DNA of 64,000 nucleotides, taken from a virus. The first letter of the stretch is position 1. Every line of letters starts with the position of its first letter. The position numbers were made by a program, and so were the translations under genes. Of this stretch, positions 33,171 to 43,706 are shown one piece after another. The notes under the pieces were generated by a model. The model worked only from the letters and a program-made list of their open reading frames with translations. It did not search any database and was not told where the DNA came from. The stretch is taken from IMG/VR virus record IMGVR_UViG_3300009506_000015, positions 11,429-75,428 of that record; one strand, 5' to 3'.

Positions 33171-35474
33171 ATGAACGATCTCGAGGGTGTCCGAATATAC
33201 AACAAGGAGAGGGGGATCGGCGGATACGACCCGACCACGCAGAAATGGCGCGACGGTATGGGTCGTTTTGCTAAAAGGGAAGATGTAGAACGAAACCCGA
33301 TCTCGTCAGGCAGGTTCGTTGCGATACCGACATTCAACAGGGTGTCGAAGCTGGCGACGGACCTCGAGCTTATTATAGGCGGCCTGGACCCCAACCAGCT
33401 ACGCGTTGCGGAAGCCGCCGTAGAACCCATGCCGTCTGCCATGCTGGCCATGATGCGCCTGTCCGAGTTCTACTGTCGCACGGAGGGCGACATATTCCAG
33501 ACGATTGAAGTGCCTCTGGACGTCGCATTGAAGCCGCTTGAGTTCGAATCTCCTGACGCCGGGTATCAGAAGGAACTCGAAGAACTGTACAGCGAATATA
33601 ACCTAGATATATACCAGAACCTATACTATATCTGGCTGTGCAGCGGTATCTACGGGCAGGCGTTCCCCTACGAGATATGGGGTGAAAGCCCGGAAGACAC
33701 GCGTATTGTCTTGCTACCGCCCAAGAATGTGGACGTGGGCCAATCGTTCAGCCTGTACGGTGGCGGGCTGTCAATCGCCACGGATAGCAGGATACGCTGG
33801 ACGGAACAACTGATAGCCACGAACTTCCCGCCCATGATGTACAATAGGCGATCCGCAGACTGGAACGAAGCGGTAGCGCAGGGGATCAACCTGCCGATCA
33901 GGTCGGAAGACTGCTACCCTGTGCGCGAGAAGTCCCTGCCGTTCCAGCGGTACGCGGTCCCGCCGGTGGTCAGGGCCAGTAGGGCGATATCCACGCGCCG
34001 CGTGTTCGAGGAAATGCGCCGCGCCACAGTAGAAGGCTACAAGAACCAGCTCTGGCTATTCCTGCTTGGCGACGCAGAAAACAGACCGCTGCCAGACGAG
34101 ATCGCGCACCTGGCCGACGAAGTCGAGGGTATCGGCGGCGAGCGCACAGGCGTCATGGTCTGGACGGGCGACCTGCGCGTGGAGGTAATCGCGCCGAACG
34201 CACCGGACAAGATGATGGCGAACGAGACGTACATCGGCCTGACTCTGGAAGTGTTCAGGAAGATGGGCATTAGCCTGATGGTCGTGTCAGGTGAGCGCGG
34301 CCCTATGGGCGGGTCAGGCAAGACTGGCGATATGAACATCGACATCAGCATCATGCTCGAACGACTGAAGTTCAAAGTGAACCAGATGCTACGGTGGGAA
34401 CGCCAGTTCAGGAACAAGCTGGCCAAGAAGATGGGTCCGAAGGCTGTAAAGGCCAACAAGGACACCAGGGTCCATTTCGGGAAGATTGGAATGGAAGTGG
34501 AACGAGAGATTAGGGAGCGGTTACTGCCAGCATACCAGGCCGGGCCGCTGTCCATCCAGACGTTCCTGCAAGAAGGTGGCTGGAAGTGGGTCACGGAACT
34601 GGAACGCAAAAAGGACGAGGAGAAGCTCCGCGAACTGTTCAGCCCACCAGCCACGTATGCGCAGCAGGTGGTGAACCAGCAGGGTCAGGCGGTAAAGGAA
34701 ATCAAACAGGTTCCGTCACCTGGCCGACCGCCTAACAAGCTCGAGTCGCCACAGGCTATGGTCAAGAAGGAACAGAGGGACCAGCAGGTCAAGGCCGGGT
34801 TCTACCTGGAAGCGTCCGCCAATTTCGACACGTATGTCGAAGAGGTATACGACGCCTATGATCGCATGATAGCCTACAAGGACGTGCCCAGCTTCATCAG
34901 CGAACTGAAGCAGATCAACGAGGACTACATGCTGGACTTCGCCAAGGATGGCTATGAGTCCGTTGGTGGCGCGTTCGACGTGGACGCAGAATGGGTTGAC
35001 GGCGCTGTGGCGTTTGTGAATTCTTACGCAGACTCATTCGGGCAGAGGCTCGAGGGTGCGATTGACGACACAACCGCGCTCGAAGACAAACGGTACAACG
35101 CATACCTGTATCCACAGGAAGGCAGACACCTGGCGTACATGTACGGCGTGCAACAGGCCATGAAGGAAAAGGGTGCCAGGGGGTGGCGCAGGGTGCTGCA
35201 CCCCGAGCTGTCCAAGACAGGTCCGTGTCAGCAATGCATGGCGGATTCTGCGCTTGTGCATCCTATCACAGAAGGGTTCTTCGAGTTCCATCCTAACGGC
35301 GTTTGTTCCGCTCAGGGGGTCGCTTTCTACACATCGACCGCAGAAATCCCGGTAGAAATCCCCGTTCCCGGCAAGGTATTCGACAGGGAATTGATCATGA
35401 AATTCCTCAGAAAACTAGGTAGGGCTATCACTGGCCCGATACAGAACATAGTAAGAAGGGTGAGGAGTGACTAA
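33171..35474 (+). CDS. portal protein fused to a MuF/gp7-like minor head domain
   Basis: First large gene after terL; portal-like IYGQAFPY; C-terminal WRRVL...GPCQQC...FHPNGVC typical of MuF domains; SD AGGAG. Confidence 0.75.
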   Translation: MNDLEGVRIYNKERGIGGYDPTTQKWRDGMGRFAKREDVERNPISSGRFVAIPTFNRVSKLATDLELIIGGLDPNQLRVAEAAVEPMPSAMLAMMRLSEFYCRTEGDIFQTIEVPLDVALKPLEFESPDAGYQKELEELYSEYNLDIYQNLYYIWLCSGIYGQAFPYEIWGESPEDTRIVLLPPKNVDVGQSFSLYGGGLSIATDSRIRWTEQLIATNFPPMMYNRRSADWNEAVAQGINLPIRSEDCYPVREKSLPFQRYAVPPVVRASRAISTRRVFEEMRRATVEGYKNQLWLFLLGDAENRPLPDEIAHLADEVEGIGGERTGVMVWTGDLRVEVIAPNAPDKMMANETYIGLTLEVFRKMGISLMVVSGERGPMGGSGKTGDMNIDISIMLERLKFKVNQMLRWERQFRNKLAKKMGPKAVKANKDTRVHFGKIGMEVEREIRERLLPAYQAGPLSIQTFLQEGGWKWVTELERKKDEEKLRELFSPPATYAQQVVNQQGQAVKEIKQVPSPGRPPNKLESPQAMVKKEQRDQQVKAGFYLEASANFDTYVEEVYDAYDRMIAYKDVPSFISELKQINEDYMLDFAKDGYESVGGAFDVDAEWVDGAVAFVNSYADSFGQRLEGAIDDTTALEDKRYNAYLYPQEGRHLAYMYGVQQAMKEKGARGWRRVLHPELSKTGPCQQCMADSALVHPITEGFFEFHPNGVCSAQGVAFYTSTAEIPVEIPVPGKVFDRELIMKFLRKLGRAITGPIQNIVRRVRSD

Positions 35475-35476
35475 GG

Positions 35477-36583
35477 TTGAAGATACTATACGTGTATGCC
35501 GACGTAGCTGGTTCGGACGGCGGTTATTGTTCTAGCTGGCTGTGCGCGTTTCCCGTAACGGCCCTGGAGAGGGCGGGGTACGACGTGGACATGGTACACG
35601 CTACGGAGTTCATAGCAGATAGGCCGAAAGCAGACATCATCGTCGTAGAGCGTCTTCTCTGGGTTGGCAACGAGGGTTTCGATCTGTCCGAATATCCAGA
35701 TGGGCCGCGCAAGAATTCGCTCCGGTATTACACAAGGATGAACACACTGGACGCCATCACGGACGCCCAGGAGAATGGCAGCAAGGTCATAGCCGTTCTG
35801 GACGACTACTACGAAGCTCATCCAGGCGGCAAGTTCAAGTTCATCAGGGACATGTGGCTCGATGGCGTGAGCCGTGGCGTTGACATGGGCTTCAAGCCCA
35901 TAGAAGACCTGAAAGCGGTGCTCGGAGTTGTGGACGCCGTGATGACTCCGTCCAAGTTCCTGACGTTCCATTATGGCCAATATGCACACAAGGCATACTA
36001 TGTCCATAATAGGCCGATACTCGATATGTTCCCGACAAGACCAGTCGATACCGTATCCGGCGATAAGATAGTCATAGGCTGGAGTGGTACTGGACAACAC
36101 GTCGAAACGTGGGTCGATAACCCAATGATTGACGCCCTCGCAAGGCTCAGGAAGGACATTGTCGTGTCTGGCGTCATACCGGACATGGTGTGTGACATCA
36201 TAGAACATGCGGGCGTAGAGGTACGGCAGATAGGTCCGGTAGAGATAGAAAAGTTCCCGCACGTCGTGGCTGGTTACGACATAGGCATCTGCCCGCTATG
36301 GGGTGAATACGACAAGGGGAGGTCGTGGATCAAGTGGCTGGAGTGCAGCCTAATGGGCAAGCCGGTCGTAGCACAAGACCTGGCTGGCGTGTATTCAGAG
36401 TGTAAGGGTGGATATCTTGCGTCCACGCCAGAAGAATGGCACGATGCTCTCAGCACGCTCGTATATGATGAACGAGCGAGGCGTGGAGAGTCGCTAGCCG
36501 GACTGTCGTGGTCGTGGCGGCAGGGGCTAGAAGAAAATCTGGACGAACTCCTGGGGGTGTTTGATGAAGTCAGGCATGGATGA
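35477..36583 (+). CDS. GT-B (GT4-like) glycosyltransferase
   Basis: IGWSGTGQH, DIGICPL....KGRSWIKWLECSLMGKPVVA. Confidence 0.85.
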   Translation: MKILYVYADVAGSDGGYCSSWLCAFPVTALERAGYDVDMVHATEFIADRPKADIIVVERLLWVGNEGFDLSEYPDGPRKNSLRYYTRMNTLDAITDAQENGSKVIAVLDDYYEAHPGGKFKFIRDMWLDGVSRGVDMGFKPIEDLKAVLGVVDAVMTPSKFLTFHYGQYAHKAYYVHNRPILDMFPTRPVDTVSGDKIVIGWSGTGQHVETWVDNPMIDALARLRKDIVVSGVIPDMVCDIIEHAGVEVRQIGPVEIEKFPHVVAGYDIGICPLWGEYDKGRSWIKWLECSLMGKPVVAQDLAGVYSECKGGYLASTPEEWHDALSTLVYDERARRGESLAGLSWSWRQGLEENLDELLGVFDEVRHG

Positions 36584-37361
36584 ATTCAAGACGGACGTTG
36601 TGGTGCCGACGTACAATCAGTTCAATCTGGTGACACAGTGCATCGCGTCACTGTCTGGGCAGGAAGGTATAGGGACTATCATCGTTGTGGACGACGCATC
36701 CACGGACTTTGCGACCGTGGAGTATCTAAGCTATATGCACAACGAGGGGTCGATAAGGCTTCTACGATCTGACAGCAACCGTGGGTTTATCAGGTCGGTC
36801 AATGCAGGTATGAAGATGGTAGAGACCCAGTACGCAGTAATCGTGAATTCCGACACGGTGCCGACGGGCCGGTACGCGCTGTATAATCTTGTTGTGGGCG
36901 TACATAACGCCAGGGCGCAGGTGGGTGGTGCGAAGCTGCTGTTCATGCCAGGTTCGAAATACGGAAAGAGGTTCACAATCCAGCACGCTGGCATAGCGTT
37001 CGACCCAGAGCTGGTGCCCTATCATCCGTTCATGCACTTGCACCGCGACACGAAAGCCGCGAACGTTACCAGGAAGGTGAACGCCGTGACAGGGGCGATA
37101 TTCTGTGTGGAGGTCGATACGTGGACGAAGGTCGGTGGATTCGACCCAGTGTTCGGTGGTGGTGTGTACGAGGATGTGGACTACTGCCTGAGAGCTGGCG
37201 ATGTGATGTACATATCTGGTTCAGAATGGCTACATATGATGCACGGTTCACAGACGCAGGGACACGATCTGTTTGATCTGTCGGACCACAACCTGGAAAT
37301 ATTGCACAAGAAGTGGCGGCACGCGCTGAAGTGCGACCAGAAACTATTCTACGGAGTATAA
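36576..37361 (+). CDS. GT2 glycosyltransferase
   Basis: VVVPTYN, IVVDDASTD, NRGF..SVNAG, NSDT, AVTGA, YEDVDYCLR. Confidence 0.92.
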   Translation: MDEFKTDVVVPTYNQFNLVTQCIASLSGQEGIGTIIVVDDASTDFATVEYLSYMHNEGSIRLLRSDSNRGFIRSVNAGMKMVETQYAVIVNSDTVPTGRYALYNLVVGVHNARAQVGGAKLLFMPGSKYGKRFTIQHAGIAFDPELVPYHPFMHLHRDTKAANVTRKVNAVTGAIFCVEVDTWTKVGGFDPVFGGGVYEDVDYCLRAGDVMYISGSEWLHMMHGSQTQGHDLFDLSDHNLEILHKKWRHALKCDQKLFYGV

Positions 37362-37362
37362 G

Positions 37363-38382
37363 GTGAAGATAGGTGTCATCAGCGAGGTATATGGCGGCAT
37401 AACGACGCCGCCTAAGAACTACGGTGGCATTTCGGCATCGGTACACAATCTGACTGAGGCGCTTATAGCTCGTGGGCACGACGTGACGCTATTTGCACCT
37501 GCGGGTTCGTGGACTAGCGGCAGGCTGGTGGTCGTTGCCGGTGGGGACGCTCCGTCTAATGACGGGTCCAAGATGCCACCATACGTGTACGACTGTATGG
37601 CGGAAGTAGGCAACATTGATGTATGGATAGATGGGTCGCACCACAAGAGGTTCGCCCGGTACTGTAAAGAATACGAACCGTGGGTGCCGATCCTGTGCCC
37701 CTCGTGGAACCCTAACAAGGCAGACCTGCCACAGAATACCGTGTGCCAGTCGCCACACATGCCATCGGTTATAGGTGACATGCCAGATGATACTCCGTGG
37801 ATGTTCGCCGGTATCCCGTCCGAGCAATACAGCACATCAGAGGGACCATATGGCCCGGCAGTATCCATCAATGTCATAGCGCCGTACAAGGGCATCGACC
37901 TGCTCGTCCGTGCTGCGGCCAAATATAACATACCGCTTGTCCTTTATGGGCATTGCCCTAGCCAGAAGTGGTACGACCAGGCGGTGGGTCCGTATGTGGA
38001 CAAATCTGACAACATCGAGTACAAAGGGCTGATAGGCAACGAGCGCATCGACATACTGGCGCACGCCGTAGCCTCGTTCACCCTGGCGAACTGGCCCGAA
38101 CCTGGGTCCAGAGTGTCCATAGAATCGTTTGCTAGTGGCTGCCCCGTTATTGCGACGAAGTGCGGTTGTTTTCCATACTATATAGAGGACGGTATAAACG
38201 GCTCGCTCGTTGACCAAAATGAAGAATCGGTATATAATGGATGGCGACAGGTTATTGATAGTGGAGACGCCATGAGGAAAGCGGCCAGAATGACGGCGGA
38301 GACAAAATTCGATATGGAACACTGGGTATCTGGTTGGGAGACACTGATGCAAAGGGTGATAGGTGGGGAGAGGTGGGAGTAA
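37363..38382 (+). CDS. GT4 glycosyltransferase
   Basis: PPKNYGG, GHDVTLFA, KG, WPEPGSRVSIESFASGCPVIA. Confidence 0.92.
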   Translation: MKIGVISEVYGGITTPPKNYGGISASVHNLTEALIARGHDVTLFAPAGSWTSGRLVVVAGGDAPSNDGSKMPPYVYDCMAEVGNIDVWIDGSHHKRFARYCKEYEPWVPILCPSWNPNKADLPQNTVCQSPHMPSVIGDMPDDTPWMFAGIPSEQYSTSEGPYGPAVSINVIAPYKGIDLLVRAAAKYNIPLVLYGHCPSQKWYDQAVGPYVDKSDNIEYKGLIGNERIDILAHAVASFTLANWPEPGSRVSIESFASGCPVIATKCGCFPYYIEDGINGSLVDQNEESVYNGWRQVIDSGDAMRKAARMTAETKFDMEHWVSGWETLMQRVIGGERWE

Positions 38383-39404
38383 GGATTCCAGTAAGCAGAC
38401 CGACGACACATTCTATACTCAGGACTGCCACGGCGATTGGCCCCGCAATGCAGCGCGGTATCCTGACCAACAATGGGCCGATAGTCAGCGAATTTGAAAG
38501 ATCAATCTCTGAGACAGTACATGCGCCGTTCGTAGCAATGGCGAACGGGACGCTCGCCCTCGAAGCGGCCCTATCCGTCCTATTCCCCAGACCAGTACCT
38601 ATAGGCATACCGTCGTTCACGTTCGTCGCCGTCGCGTCGTCTGTAGTCAGGTGCGGACATACGCCAGTATTCATCGACATAGATATGGATACCTGGACAA
38701 TGGACCCTGACCTTGCAGCCAGGAAGATGGCGCACGTCGCCGGGTTCATCGTGGCCAACACCTTCGGTGTGCAGCCGCATGAATTCTTCAGCGGCGGCAT
38801 GATAACGATCTACGACAATGCGGAAGGGTTTGGCACGACAGACAGGCGCTTTGGGACTATGGACACGTACTCGTTCCATGCTACCAAGGTGGTCAACTCG
38901 TGCGAGGGCGGCGGTGTCGTATGCGCGTCACAGGAAGATGCTGTGGAGCTTAGGAAGTGGCGCAACTTCGGCCTGGACGGTGTCACGGGCGACGCCGACA
39001 TGGTCGGGTCCAATGCGAAGATGAGCGAAATTCACGCCGCGTTCGGCTTGCAATCTCTAAGGGACGCGGATAGACAGGTCAATGCCCGTCACGACCTGCT
39101 CGGCATGTACAAGGAACGACTGGAAGGATATGTCGTGTTTCAGTCCGGCAATCCGTTGAACTGCGTCGTGCTGGTAGACGACAGGAGTGCGGTGGAGAAA
39201 GCCCTGGACGATGCTGGCATAGACACCAGGGCGTATTTCTTCCCCATACATAAGATGAAACCGTATGCCAGGTATACCACAGAACATCTGCCGGTGACGG
39301 ACTACATATCCAGCAGGTCGTTAGCCCTGCCACTGTGGGCTGGCATGACCGCAGACACGGTAGAGTGTATTTGCGACATTATCAGGGAGGCGATAGATGG
39401 ATGA
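38373..39404 (+). CDS. DegT/DnrJ-family NDP-sugar aminotransferase, VioA-like
   Basis: LTNNGP, ANGTLAL, PSFTFVA, SFHATK (PLP lysine), EGG, NFG, GSNAKMSE. Confidence 0.92.
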   Translation: MGVRIPVSRPTTHSILRTATAIGPAMQRGILTNNGPIVSEFERSISETVHAPFVAMANGTLALEAALSVLFPRPVPIGIPSFTFVAVASSVVRCGHTPVFIDIDMDTWTMDPDLAARKMAHVAGFIVANTFGVQPHEFFSGGMITIYDNAEGFGTTDRRFGTMDTYSFHATKVVNSCEGGGVVCASQEDAVELRKWRNFGLDGVTGDADMVGSNAKMSEIHAAFGLQSLRDADRQVNARHDLLGMYKERLEGYVVFQSGNPLNCVVLVDDRSAVEKALDDAGIDTRAYFFPIHKMKPYARYTTEHLPVTDYISSRSLALPLWAGMTADTVECICDIIREAIDG

Positions 39405-40080
39405 CATGATCATCGTGGGTGCGTCTGGCGGTATCGGCGTCGTGTTAGCGAACGCGTTCCGCAAAGAATACAACCTGTACCTGACGCATAATGACAACCC
39501 GCTATATACATTCCAATCCACGCAGGTGGACCTTTCCGGTCCTGATATCTTCGGATACGTTGACAGCATTGCCAACGTCCTGTCCGACAAAGTAATCGTG
39601 GTCAACTGTGCTGGCGTTACTAGGAGCGCGATGGGCCACGTGATGGGCATACCATCGTTCGAAATGTTGCTGAACATTAACCTAGTCGGTGCGTTTAGGG
39701 TGTGCAGCGCGGTCCTGCCAATCATGCGCAAGAAGGGTTGGGGCAGGATCATCAACCTGTCGTCCGTGGTGGGCCACTTAGGCGTGCCTGGGACGAGTGC
39801 ATACTCCGCATCGAAAGCTGGCCTCGAGGGTATGACCAGGACGCTGGCCGTAGAGAACGCGTCCAAGGGCATAACGGTGAACTCGATTGTCCTGGGCTAC
39901 ATGGAAGCTGGTATGATAACATCTGTCCCAATGGGCTACCTGGAATCGGTTGTAAAGCTGATCCCGATGAAAAGGCTCGGCGGTGTGGTAAACATTGTCG
40001 AAGCGGTGAGGTTCCTGGTGGCCGCCGATTATGTCACCGGGACAAGCATAACGGTTGACGGAGGGTTGTTATGCGCGTAG
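39397..40080 (+). CDS. short-chain dehydrogenase/reductase, FabG-like
   Basis: GASGGIG, NCAG, GRIINLSSV, YSASK, VDGG. Confidence 0.92.
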   Translation: MDDMIIVGASGGIGVVLANAFRKEYNLYLTHNDNPLYTFQSTQVDLSGPDIFGYVDSIANVLSDKVIVVNCAGVTRSAMGHVMGIPSFEMLLNINLVGAFRVCSAVLPIMRKKGWGRIINLSSVVGHLGVPGTSAYSASKAGLEGMTRTLAVENASKGITVNSIVLGYMEAGMITSVPMGYLESVVKLIPMKRLGGVVNIVEAVRFLVAADYVTGTSITVDGGLLCA

Positions 40081-40604
40081 GGAAAGATGTCACAATCTAT
40101 CCGTGGTGCAGGGTTGTGCGCCCAGATATGATAGAAATAGGGGATCACGTTATCATAGACGACTTCGTGTTCCTAGACGGTGGCAGAGGGACGACCATAG
40201 GGGATTACGTGCATATCGCCGCGCATACGGCGATAATGGGTGGCGGTTCGCTTATCATGGAGGACTTCAGTGGCTTCTCCGGCGGCGTCCGGGTGTACAC
40301 TGGCGGTGATGACTATCTGGGCAATTACCTCACGAACCCGACGATACCGGACAAGTACAGGGGCAAATACTTCAGTTTCATACACATGCATAAACATGCC
40401 CTGATAGGGAGTGGCTGTATCGTACTCGCACCGCCGGAAGGTCTAATCGTAGGAGAGGGAGCTGCGGTCGGCGCGATGTCGCTCGTCAAGGACAATCTGG
40501 AACCGTGGACGTTATACGCTGGCGTGCCAGCAAAACCGATCAAGAGCCGCAACAGGGAAAGGATGCTGGCGCTTGAACGACAGCTTAGGGAGGATTTGGG
40601 ATGA
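40071..40604 (+). CDS. hexapeptide-repeat acyltransferase, VioB-like
   Basis: IGDHVIIDDF, IGDYVHIA, DDYLGNYLTNPTIP, GAAVGAMSLV, GVPAKPIK. Confidence 0.9.
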   Translation: MRVGKDVTIYPWCRVVRPDMIEIGDHVIIDDFVFLDGGRGTTIGDYVHIAAHTAIMGGGSLIMEDFSGFSGGVRVYTGGDDYLGNYLTNPTIPDKYRGKYFSFIHMHKHALIGSGCIVLAPPEGLIVGEGAAVGAMSLVKDNLEPWTLYAGVPAKPIKSRNRERMLALERQLREDLG

Positions 40605-42400
40605 AAGCCTGTATCACAACGTCGCATCTTTATGGAATGGGTGGCGGGGCTAAGGCAGTCTTCGCCGTGGCATCAGCACTGAAGCATATGTACGGGCACG
40701 TGACCATTTTTGTTAGGTCACAGATACCGGAGCTGGTTCTGGACGAAAAGCCAGACGGGATGCTGTACGCATCGTGGTATGAAGGGTGCGCGTTGGGCTA
40801 CGACGTGCTGTTCAACGTAGATCATTTCCATTACACAAAGCCGCAAGCCGCTAAGAACTATGCGTTAATATTCCATCCTCACAGTATGAACAAGCCACCG
40901 GAAGGATACGACATGCTGTTCTCCATCAGTGAGTATACACAGGTCGAGGTCGAAAGGCTATGGGGTCTAAAGTCCACGCTGTTGTATCTGCCTGTAGAGG
41001 ATGATTATTACACGGGCGTCAAAGACAAAGTAATCCTCCACGTATCCAGATTCTCCGCGCCAAACCAATATGCAGACAAGGGCCACAGGCAGATGATCAC
41101 GGCGTTCAAGTCCATATCGGACCTTGGCTGGTCATTCATCTTGGCTGGGTCTGTAGACCCGAAGCAGGCTGGGTATCTATCGTCCCTGATGGCCGATGCG
41201 TCGGGCTACGATATACAGTTTGCCATATCGCCATCTAGGAAAGAACTTCTCGGTCTATACGCCAACGCGTCTATCTACTGGCACGCAACTGGCATAGGGA
41301 TGAGGAAGGTAGTGGGCGCTCAGGAACACCTGGGCCTGACAACTATAGAGGCGATGGCTTCTGGCTGTGTCCCGGTCGTATATGGTACTGGCGGCCAGAA
41401 GGAGATCGTGAAGAGTGGCATCAACGGTATCCTTGTCGGTAGCGAGAAGGATATGGCTAGGGCTACGGTCGAGCTTACTAAGAAGCTCGACGTGTGGTCT
41501 ATATTGCAACAGCAAGCAGCGAGGAGCGGCAAGGCATGGTGTGGACTTGATGGGTTCTACGATAGGTTCGAAGAAGCATTGTCCGGTGTAGACAACGGCG
41601 TTCCATCGGGATACGTGCCGAGCTTGAAGTATAAGAGATCAGACGTGGACATCATCATACCGGTGTGGAACAGCACGACGATACACAGATGTCTCGATGG
41701 CATACCAGAGGGGCCAAATGTCATCGTCGTTGACAACGGTTCAGACAATATCGTAGAACACCCACGTATCGACAAATATATCAGACTCGAAGAAAACAGA
41801 GGGTTCAGCGGTGGCAACATGGCTGGATTTGCAGAGTCTACGAGGCCGCTCGTGCTGGCCCTAAACGACGATTGCATCCCCAGTGGTGAAATGTGGCTCG
41901 ATATCATGTTGCTGTCCATGAGCGAAGAGGGCGTCGGCGTAGTCGGCGCTAAGTTGACATACCCAGATGGCAGGCTTCAACATGCTGGCGTGTTGATAGA
42001 CTGGAACAGGGAGGATATATGCTTCCATAGGTGGTACGGCGGTGCTGACCACCCTGCGGCAAACGTGATGACTAAGGTAACGGCAGTCACCGGGGCATGT
42101 CTGTTGTGTAAGAGGGAGCTGTTCGATATGCACCCAGAGCTATACAAACTTGGCAACTATGAAGACGTCCACTTGTGTCTCAGTGCATGGATGAATGGCT
42201 ACTCGGTGATATATCAACCTGGCGCATCGTTGATACACATTGAAGCCGTCACGAAGTCGGGTACGGATGTGGATTATACAGCCACAAACAGGCCCGAGTT
42301 CGTCCGCCAGTGGCGAAGTGTGTACCTCGATTCCGAAGAGATGAAAGTCGTTCGGGAGGTGAATGATGCCTCAGGGTGGGGCAGAACTAGTAATGACTAA
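40601..42400 (+). CDS. bifunctional GT4-GT2 glycosyltransferase
   Basis: N-half EHLGLTTIEAMASGCVPV; C-half IIIPVWN, VVDNGSD, LNDD, YEDV. Confidence 0.92.
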   Translation: MKACITTSHLYGMGGGAKAVFAVASALKHMYGHVTIFVRSQIPELVLDEKPDGMLYASWYEGCALGYDVLFNVDHFHYTKPQAAKNYALIFHPHSMNKPPEGYDMLFSISEYTQVEVERLWGLKSTLLYLPVEDDYYTGVKDKVILHVSRFSAPNQYADKGHRQMITAFKSISDLGWSFILAGSVDPKQAGYLSSLMADASGYDIQFAISPSRKELLGLYANASIYWHATGIGMRKVVGAQEHLGLTTIEAMASGCVPVVYGTGGQKEIVKSGINGILVGSEKDMARATVELTKKLDVWSILQQQAARSGKAWCGLDGFYDRFEEALSGVDNGVPSGYVPSLKYKRSDVDIIIPVWNSTTIHRCLDGIPEGPNVIVVDNGSDNIVEHPRIDKYIRLEENRGFSGGNMAGFAESTRPLVLALNDDCIPSGEMWLDIMLLSMSEEGVGVVGAKLTYPDGRLQHAGVLIDWNREDICFHRWYGGADHPAANVMTKVTAVTGACLLCKRELFDMHPELYKLGNYEDVHLCLSAWMNGYSVIYQPGASLIHIEAVTKSGTDVDYTATNRPEFVRQWRSVYLDSEEMKVVREVNDASGWGRTSND

Positions 42401-42698
42401 ATATCCACCGACTAAGGAAGACCTGTGGAAGCAGAACTGCGATCTACAGGAGCGCATGTTAAAAGTGATAGAGCGCAACAACGAAGTAATAACCAAGAAC
42501 ACAGAAGCGCAAACCAGCATGAACAGCATGATTGCTTCTATGCAGTCATCCCTAGACATGCTCGTGAAGCAGTTGCTTACTGTGTCCAACGGCGTGCCGC
42601 TGAGGGTATTTATGATCGTCGTGGTCACGCTTGTGGTGATCCTGTTCATAGTTGTCGGCATCAGCATGTCGGACATTCAAAGACTAGTAGGAGGATGA
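42393..42698 (+). CDS. small coiled-coil membrane protein (possible holin-like)
   Basis: Coiled coil followed by one C-terminal TM helix. Confidence 0.55.
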   Translation: MTKYPPTKEDLWKQNCDLQERMLKVIERNNEVITKNTEAQTSMNSMIASMQSSLDMLVKQLLTVSNGVPLRVFMIVVVTLVVILFIVVGISMSDIQRLVGG

Positions 42699-42699
42699 C

Positions 42700-43488
42700 G
42701 TGTTAGTAGGGTTGACGGTTGTGAAAAATGCAACAAAGATGGGCTACCCGTGGGTAGAGTCCATCCTGTCCGTGATAGACTATGTAGACCACTTCCATAT
42801 CGGGTACGGTCATTCCGAGGATAACACGTGGGAAGTGATAGAGACGATGATGCACAGCGACCGTTTCGGGCCGAAGATATCGGTTAGCACGTTCGAGTGG
42901 CCCACGATGGACACCGGATTTGCGATAGGTGCGGCGACGAATGACGCCCTAGCGCACATCAGGAAGTTCGGCGGCAAGGTGCTATATGTCCAGGCAGACG
43001 AACTGTGGCATCCAGAGTCCGTGGAAGAAATGGTAAGGCTGTCTGGCGAGGACTATGATGCGTACTCCGTCCCATATTTGCATCTGGAACACAACTTGCA
43101 GATAGTACAGGAAGGGGCTGGCTACCAGAGGGCTATCCGCATGGTAGCCAATAGGCCAGAGATCGTCGCCCACAGGGACGCCTGGACGTTCGAGGGGTAT
43201 TCCAAGCTGCTCGACATCCATTCGCTGCCACACCCGCTTGTACATTGCAACTACTTCCTGTGGGACAACGTGCCTGTCAAGAAGTGGGTCCAGGCCACAG
43301 AGCTGTACCAGGACTTGGGTCACTACAAGATGGCGGCAGAGCTGGCGTTCGGTGAGTGGAAGAAGCACGACGTTCCGCCGGAAATGTTCTTGGAACGCAC
43401 ATCGCCATTCGCAGAACATCTGCCAGAATGTATATTGCCGATGCTAGGCAAAAGGCGATATTATGTAAGGGAAGGCTTGATACAATGA
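42700..43488 (+). CDS. GT-A (GT2-like) glycosyltransferase
   Basis: VKNATKMGYPWVESILS, SEDNT, YVQADE. Confidence 0.8.
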   Translation: MLVGLTVVKNATKMGYPWVESILSVIDYVDHFHIGYGHSEDNTWEVIETMMHSDRFGPKISVSTFEWPTMDTGFAIGAATNDALAHIRKFGGKVLYVQADELWHPESVEEMVRLSGEDYDAYSVPYLHLEHNLQIVQEGAGYQRAIRMVANRPEIVAHRDAWTFEGYSKLLDIHSLPHPLVHCNYFLWDNVPVKKWVQATELYQDLGHYKMAAELAFGEWKKHDVPPEMFLERTSPFAEHLPECILPMLGKRRYYVREGLIQ

Positions 43489-43706
43489 CGGGAGTCGATG
43501 ATTGTACAGTAACGGTAGGCGTATTCGGCACGCCTAAGATGGGAGCCTGGGAGTGCCCGCGTTGCCACATGATCAACGCGCCGTGGGTGGAGCAATGTAA
43601 TTGCCAGCCACAGCGTCGCGTCGTAACGTGGCCCGACCAAAATGCCACAGATGCGACAAGTGAGTACGGGCACGTATACCCTGTTGGGGAGGTGGTTTAT
43701 GGGTGA
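43485..43706 (+). CDS. small zinc-ribbon protein
   Basis: WECPRCHMINAPWVEQCNC. Confidence 0.65.
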   Translation: MTGVDDCTVTVGVFGTPKMGAWECPRCHMINAPWVEQCNCQPQRRVVTWPDQNATDATSEYGHVYPVGEVVYG

